This document shows, in pieces, positions 56,706 through 64,000 of a stretch of DNA of 64,000 bases. A model generated the notes under the pieces. That model saw nothing but the letters and a program-made list of their open reading frames with translations, had not been told where the DNA came from and made no database searches. The DNA lies in NCBI GenBank assembly GCA_951406725.2, contig OX597816.1, forward strand, positions 98,456,001 to 98,520,000. Reading direction: 5' to 3'. The translations under genes were made by a program, and so were the position numbers. Position 1 is the stretch's first letter. Each line of letters opens with the position of its first letter. The DNA comes from Octopus vulgaris. Lineage: Eukaryota.

Positions 56706-57915
56706 AATAGTAATTCGGTGGCTCTTCGAAATTCCTAGAATTGTTAAATCTTCGCCACATTCTGACTACATATCTTGCAAGCATCAACTATTTTATCAAT
56801 ATAGGCAAATAGTCAGGAGTTATGACATCGAATAGTCCCCAAATCGCAGGTCTATTTGTTGTTCCTAATAAACACGCCAGTTTCAAATATTCTATGTGCT
56901 TCTGCATGCCAAAACTTTCTGTCCATTCCTTGAGTCTTCTCCTCATCGCTCCAAAGGTTCCAATGACAATTGGTTTGATATCACTTTTTTTTCCAAATCT
57001 ACAATCTGCTTTTCTCTTTCTTCGGGTTCTGTTATGTATCTACTTATTGATTTCTGTTCCTTTTATTATTGTACCAATTATGCTGCAAGTCTGTTCTCAC
57101 TTCTGAAGCACCAAGATATTTAGTCTGTTATGTTCTAAGACATGGTGCATTTGGATGAGAGCTTAATCTCATCATTCACAGTCACTTTTTCTGGTGCATG
57201 CTCAAACAACATGTGTCCTGATTACAATCCATCCTCCTTTCACATTTCCAAGTGGACGATGTTTGCAAAATTAACTTCTGGGTGAGTTTGGAACATTCAC
57301 TGTTAGTTACTCTCTCTTCTCGTTCATTGCACAGCCTGCGCAATGCCTATATATCAATTCCGCCATATAGTTTTACTATTTGTCCAGAGGGCTTGATCCT
57401 GAGCAGCCATCATTAATACGTCTGCCTTTGTTTCTAATGGTATCTAATCCCCAAATTCTCAAATGCATATATTCTTGACTTTCTAAACTGTTCATTACTT
57501 GATTATTGGTACTTTTAGTATTTGATTCTTTTCCCTCCTTTTTAGTATGAAAACAGAAAATTTTCTATACTTAATTCCATGGATATATCATTGTTGAAAA
57601 TTCTGCTTTCACTTGTGTGCCAAGATGATCTTCGTTTTTCTCATATAGATTTAAATCCTCAATGTATGTACAACCACTTTAATTTTCCCAAATCATATCC
57701 TGCTTTAACATCACTGAGAATCATCGACAGTTAATGTCAGCACAAAAAAAGAGTTGTGAGACAATCTCCCACAAACATTGCTTTTCTGTCCTGCACATGT
57801 TAATTCTGTTTTCTAAGCTGTCATACTTCTTGTTAGCAACCTACCTACGGAGATTCTCTACCACTCCATAGATCTTGGCATATTTCTCTATCCAGGTAAG
57901 AGACACTATATCATA
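56706..57915 (-). mobile_element. Degenerate R4/Dong-type (restriction-like endonuclease) LINE
   Basis: Minus-strand fragments LMMAAQDQALWTN, CRLCNEREERVT..ECSKLTQK (CCHC knuckle region) and KPIVIGTFGAM...LKLACLLGT (RLE C-terminus), with RT remnants near 57600-57780. Confidence 0.8.
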
Positions 57916-57954
57916 GGATTTTTTGTAATCCATCCACGCCAGTATTCATGGTCG

Positions 57955-58025
57955 TGTTAATCATCCTCATCATCGTCGTCGTCGTCTTCGTCGTCGTCAT
58001 CATCATCATCATCACCGTCACCATC

Positions 58026-58070
<45 letters not shown>
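57955..58070. repeat. (TCA/TCG)n and (AGT)n trinucleotide repeats
   Basis: Direct reading. Confidence 0.95.
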
Positions 58071-58071
<1 letters not shown>

Positions 58072-58074
58072 AAA

Positions 58075-58262
58075 ACATTTGCGCGTCGAACAAAATGTGT
58101 AACGGTATTTGTCCGGATTTTTACGTTCTGATTTCACATTACGCTTACCTTGCCTTTTATACCCTCGTAGAAAAAAACAAACAAAGTACCAATGATGTAC
58201 TAGGCACGATGTAATCTACTACCTCCTTCCCATCAAAATTACTTGTACTAAAATTTCTAAAA
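58075..58262 (+). mobile_element. SINE family C, degenerate
   Basis: CGGTATTTGTCCG..TTTACGTTCTGA.TTCA...TTGCCTTTTAT...AAGTACCA...CGATGTAATC. Confidence 0.65.
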
Positions 58263-60619
58263 TAGTGTTTGTAGTAGCAGTAGCTAGCTTTGAATATTTC
58301 ATGTTAGCTACTAGCCTTTCAAAAGATGTTGATTTTGTTTTCTGTATGTTCATATAATACAGAGTGTGACAGAAAACCATATTTTATGCGACCATTGATG
58401 TGATGCAATAAAGTTAATCAAGGTTTAAAGGTATCTTCTTATATGTAATGTTTTATGTTTTCTTTTCAGTTACCGGAATTTTGATACTGTTGTATTGCAT
58501 CCGTTTGTTGCAACATTTGTCAGCCTGTAAAATGTATGATGTTTATTTGCAACCCTGAGTATGTGTGCCGTTTAATTCGTTTCTATTCATTTATTTGTTT
58601 ATTTTAATGCCATTATTGTATTTATATGTTTCCGCTTTTGAATTCGTGTGTTATTTGTGAAACTGTTACAGATTATGATTTAGCATTTCTTATATTTATT
58701 GTAAGATAATATGTTATAGTTGTATGTGGATGAAAATATTTAGCTTCTGTTGAGCAAAAGCTGTTATGTGTTATAGGGTAAGTTAGTAATTTTTCATATG
58801 CTAACGCACACAAGGAGTTCAAAGACAAACGCTCCAGTTTCTACATCAAATGGTATGTTTTTAATCAGCAGACTCCAAGCAGCAAATTTTTAAAGCACTT
58901 ATGCGTGGTGCATCTCAGAGGAACTGGAAAAATATGCCAAACTTCAAATATTTTAAATAGAGATTTCCAAATTACTATCATTGTTTTAAAAACAAACATT
59001 CGTTTTAACTAAAGAACAATAAAGCATCACATTGTTGATTATTTAATTACAATAATTATACTTGTTGTACGAGTAAACACAATGGAATTACTCTTCCTTC
59101 TCTATCCTTTGTTTTATTCATCTTAAATACATAAATTTCCATAAATCATCATAAACTTTACTAATTAAATTACATCATCACGTAATATTTTAGAATTATC
59201 TAGTACATTCCTACTCCATTCCATATTCAATTTATAGTTTTATTCTTCACTTCATTCTTCATTTTATTCTTCAAATTTCCTCTCACGCATTTTACCGCTA
59301 CTAGGTAAACAGCCTTAAAAGCCCGATCTAAAATAACTTACTGTACTCTAAAATAAGTTTTTACTACCCCCATTCGATGTGATCTCATTTGTCAATTGTA
59401 TGCATTATTCAACTAGAGACTTCGTAATTCTATCGACATTTTAAACTTTAATTTTCCTAAATTACTATTTGTTCTGTCATTTCTAATAGTGAACAAATAC
59501 ATCCATACAAGTTGTTCTCTTTTTATACATAATATTCTTGTATTGTTTTATTTTTAGTTATAGAATTTTCTGATATTTTCAATTTTTAAAACTATTTTGC
59601 TTCTACCATTTACACCTTCACTGTAAAACACCTTACATAACAAGGTATATTGCAGAAGTTATCATAATTTCTATCAATTCTTAACAACCAGTATGCGTTT
59701 TGTTCCCAAAGAAGCCCAATTTTTTTATTCATATAGACATCGATCTAACTGGTAAAACACTACTGCTTCAGAAGTAAGGCATTGGAAGTCAAAGGTGTAC
59801 TGGAGAAATTTCAACTTCTAAAAGAGTTTTATGATCTATTATTGCATATTGTACAAGTTAACGTGTTCTTAGACAACTTGTGAATTATTAATGACGAGAT
59901 TATGAAATATTTTTAAAGTAAATACATATATGCTTAATGTTGCGTAAGATCATATGCAGTAGGTTTAAGAAAGAAGAGCTATAAGTGACACATCATAGAA
60001 TAGTTTGATATTCTTCTCCTACATTGCTTGATTTAAGCATTAGCAAAGTCCAGTTGTTTCATCTGTCGAATTTTCCCAGAATATATGTTCTTAGCAGACA
60101 CGGATGAATGATAATAGTTTATAAACATTTTGTAGCACGTATGCATAATCCAAGCGACAGATACCCTTTTGCAAATACTACGTTTCAGTACAATTTTAGC
60201 TACTTCTTTGCGTAACTAGATGACTTTGTGTTTGGTACCAGTATCTAGTATGTTGGAAAGGGTTTCTCCCTTATTACCCTCATGATCTCGGGATAGCCAG
60301 ACCCTTATGACTCGAATGTAAGATGGAGATTATGCAGAACACTGTTATACAGACGCTCACAGCCACTGATAGATGTATATATTTACCGGGTTCGGCATAT
60401 ATATTTACCATCATTTTCACGTAATTGGTCCTACAAAACATTTGAACTGCATATCATTTTCCTCAGTCCATCTGCATGGAGCGTTGAGGTCGTTTTGCTG
60501 GTTTAGTATATCATTAATGTATAGGTGGGTAGAGTGGCTGCCTGTATGGTTGTGGTCATGTCTGAGTCAGCTACCACAAACAGTAGTGGTTCTAGTAAAG
60601 TTCCTCGAGGGACATCTCT

Positions 60620-62690
60620 GAGAACTGATGTCTTCCCAGAGAGAGGGCATCATTGGCTGAAATTGTCTGACTTCCGCCTTTTAAATGTCGCATAACCACT
60701 CTTCCAGTTTCTCAGCGATACCAAGGTTACACAATTTGTGACATACCATCACATGATCAACTTTTCAAAATCAAAATATATCACACTCATATTTCAGTAC
60801 TTGAGCTACTGTTTCAGTACCCAGTCATTATGTTGTAGTAGCTGTGTGAGGCAGCTTCTCACCGGATGGAAGCTATGATTTGTGTTTGTGTGCAAGTTAT
60901 TTTCTTCCAGGAATGTGTTAAACATTCTTGTAACAGTTCTTTCCATTACCCTGCTAGCATGTGAAGTTAGATAGCCAAACCAGCAAATTTTTAGCGCCTG
61001 TTCTGTTTTCTCCTTTATAGGCAGGGCATATTATATATTATGTTAACAGTTGGGGAAGTTTACCACATGCAAGTAAACTGTGAAAATGTATCTGCAGTGG
61101 TTTTGCGAGAACTTTATTGCTAGTCTTTAAAGAACAGTCGGAAATCCATCTGGGCTCGTTACTAACTTCGATTTTATCTCACCAATGGCTGATATTATAC
61201 CCGCCTCTTATATTACACCGTTTTCCCAAGTAGACTTGGGGTGTGGAAAAAGCTGATCAGGCTTGCTTATTTGAGTTTCCCAGTGGAGAGGTGAAGGTTG
61301 TTTTAAATTGCTTATTTAGCACTTCCTTTCGTCTACTAGGTTCTGCAGTTAGTGCGTCGTCTTCTTCAAAGTGGCCGTATCGTGTAGTGCAAAGAGGTAG
61401 AGTTTTTGAAAACATGTAGCAGGCTTTAGCATTCATTCTTATATTTTCTACTGGCCTGGTTTCTTTTTCTTCTTTTTCTTTTTCATGGAAAAATATGAGT
61501 TTATTTTCGATTTTTAAGAATGCCATTTTGAGAAAGGATTTCTTGCGAAATCTTTAATCTCCATGTCAAAATAGCTCTCCTATCTTAAAGAATTGTATGT
61601 AATAGTTCCCTTCTCATGGACGAATTTAACGCATATGGCTCGCATTATTGGCATCTATTATTCATATTTCGTATCAATGCTTTTTGCTGAATTGTCTGCT
61701 TTTCAGTCGACATCCAGTCAGCATTGCAGAGGTCCAGACTTGATATTGTTTAATTGTTATGTGAAGTACATCTTTAATAAATTTTGGACCAGTTTTGTAA
61801 TATTTTAGTCTGAGAAGGCTACCGTTGATATATTCACATTGTGGATACGTTTCACATTGTTGGTGAAGCAGAGGTCTAAAATGTTATTGTTTCTGAATGC
61901 TGATAGTATGGTTTGCTCCATAAAAAGCAATTCCGAGAAATCAAGAAGAGATTCTGCTTGACTGCGCATTTTTTTTATCATTCCTGAGATAATGTTGCCT
62001 TCTGACCATCTGAAATTAGGTAAGTTGAAGTCACCCTTCAGAAATGCGTTAATGCATTGATCTAGATTTTTACTACTTATTTTATAATTGTAAGGCTCTC
62101 TTCAAATTAACCATCGTAATTTGATGCATCGGGCTGGCAATAAATTTTTTGTGTTACCACATCAGATACTTAAAATGCGTTATGAGTGTGTCACAGACGG
62201 AGTTTGAATGCAAAAATTGGTTAAATGTTTTAACGTCTTTGCAGGTGCACAACGCAACTCCACCATGACTTATTTCTCTTTTGTCTGAACGGAATACAGC
62301 ATACAGTGCTTTGTGTGTCTCTGCATCTTTTATGTCTACAGATGAATGTCTCTCCTCAAGTGCAATGCATTTTTTCATCTGCTGTCACTTCGAAGAAGAT
62401 ATCTGATATTTATCAAATGAATTGGTGTGATGGTCGGCTTTACATCAATTGTAATCATCTTTGATCTATTATTTGCGGCGATTTTCTGTGAAGGTGTAAA
62501 TGGCTTAGTTTTGTTTGCAACCACGCCTGCTGCTGCAGTGCGCACTGCATTTGCATATAACGTTTTAGTGGTTTCTTCATCGCAGATGTTTATTGAGATA
62601 CGAGTTCATCTGGGTGAAGTTTTATCGTATTTTGCTGAAGTAAAGGGTGAATTTTGCCATGGGATCCTTTTTACCCGAGCTTTGGATGAA
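60620..62690 (-). mobile_element. Degenerate CR1/L2-type LINE ORF2: APE endonuclease plus N-terminal RT
   Basis: Minus strand in order: YAVFRSDKREISHGGVAL, LKGDFNLPNFRW and NNILDLCFTN (APE); then SPDGFP, SFHPVRSCLTQLLQHNDW and IYFDFEKVDH (RT). Many stops and frameshifts. Confidence 0.85.
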
Positions 62691-64000
62691 CACACATACA
62701 TGCACAGACATATACGCATACATTGTATGCCTCTCTAAGCGTATGTACGTGCTAATAGTTTTCATACAGTTATATCAAGGGTGTGTGTAGACCTCAGATA
62801 GAGAACGAAAGCCATTTCAATCAGGAATGCTCTTTTGGCATTTGTTCTGCATCGAGATACATATTTACAGCTTCTTGGGCGGAGTCACGGCAGCAGAAAT
62901 ATCCTGAATTAATGAATGTTCTAGTAGATAGTAATGAACAATACAAAACAACAGCATCTACTTATTCATACTTCATATCGCAGTTTCACGGCAGCAAATC
63001 TGAAATCCGATGATGCTGTCAGGTATTTTCTACAAGCAAAATACTTTACAACCATGTGTTGAGTGAAATTCACTACAAACTTGGTTATCTAACCTCACAT
63101 CAAAACAAATATGAATATACGCACATGCGCACACACATACACAGTACATATATGCATATGTATGTGTGTGCATGTGTGCGCGCGAATGCAGTGATTCATC
63201 TATTTTGCCTTTCCTGTGCAGAATTTGAATAATGTAACTATGGCATTGGTGACAGACCTTATGTTTAAAAGTAACTCTAAGGTTATTGTTTAACACATAC
63301 ACACACACACACACATATATATATGTATGTTTGTATATATGTGTATATATATGTGTGTGTGTGTATATGTATGTAGGCATGTCTATATGCATATATTCAT
63401 GTATATATATACCCATATAGATATATACACACACACACTCACATATATTTACATAGATACAGCACGTATAATACATGTATATAAATATGTATGGAGCAGG
63501 TCTATACATATATTCATATATTCTTTGACATTTTGTAGCATAACATATCTGGGGAGAATCGTAACATTTAATTGATGCTCATTTCCAATAATGTACCCAG
63601 ACTAGTCTTTCTAGTTGCTGTCGAGAAAACAAATATATTTAACTTGGCAGATTAAATCCCAGTTCAGTTATATAAATCATCTCTCCGATCGCATCACCGC
63701 TTTAAACATTACACACAAGCAAATCATTTTTCTGCTTTGCTAATGTAATATGACCGATCAGATTGACGTGAGTTTTTACTGCGATTGGAGACTTTGCTAT
63801 CACAGAGACTCATATGCAAACACATAGGATGCTTATATTTGTGTGTGTATGTGTGTGTGTGTGCGCGCGTGTTTGTGCGTGTGTGTACATATTTACGCGT
63901 GTATATGGGAGTGTGTCGGTCTGCTTGTACGTGCTTATATGCACATTAACATGCATACCAATATTTATTTAAAAAGATAACGTTCAGCTAATATAGAGTA

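Overview
AT-rich eukaryotic non-coding DNA, densely packed with microsatellites ((TA)n, (CA/GT)n, (GATA)n, (AAT)n). The SINE families resemble those I recall from octopus genomes; this host call is inference, not a search result. I found no intact host gene, tRNA, rRNA or CRISPR array. Almost all ORF-track entries are microsatellite read-throughs or transposon debris. Recognisable content: three tRNA-derived SINE families, CR1/L2-type LINE relics, an R4/Dong-type restriction-endonuclease LINE relic, two mariner relics and two Helitron-type elements. The most notable signal is a recurring Penelope-like (PLE) architecture: type I hammerhead-ribozyme motifs (CUGAnGA-stem II-GAAAC-short loop-GUH) inside elements whose 3' ends are duplicated as outward-facing inverted arms. 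It occurs at 9.1 kb, 28.3-29.4 kb (bracketing a PLE reverse-transcriptase fragment) and 33.2-36.0 kb (about 1 kb arms), with a similar motif-less structure at 0.6 kb. All alignments, translations and folds were done by eye, so boundaries are approximate.
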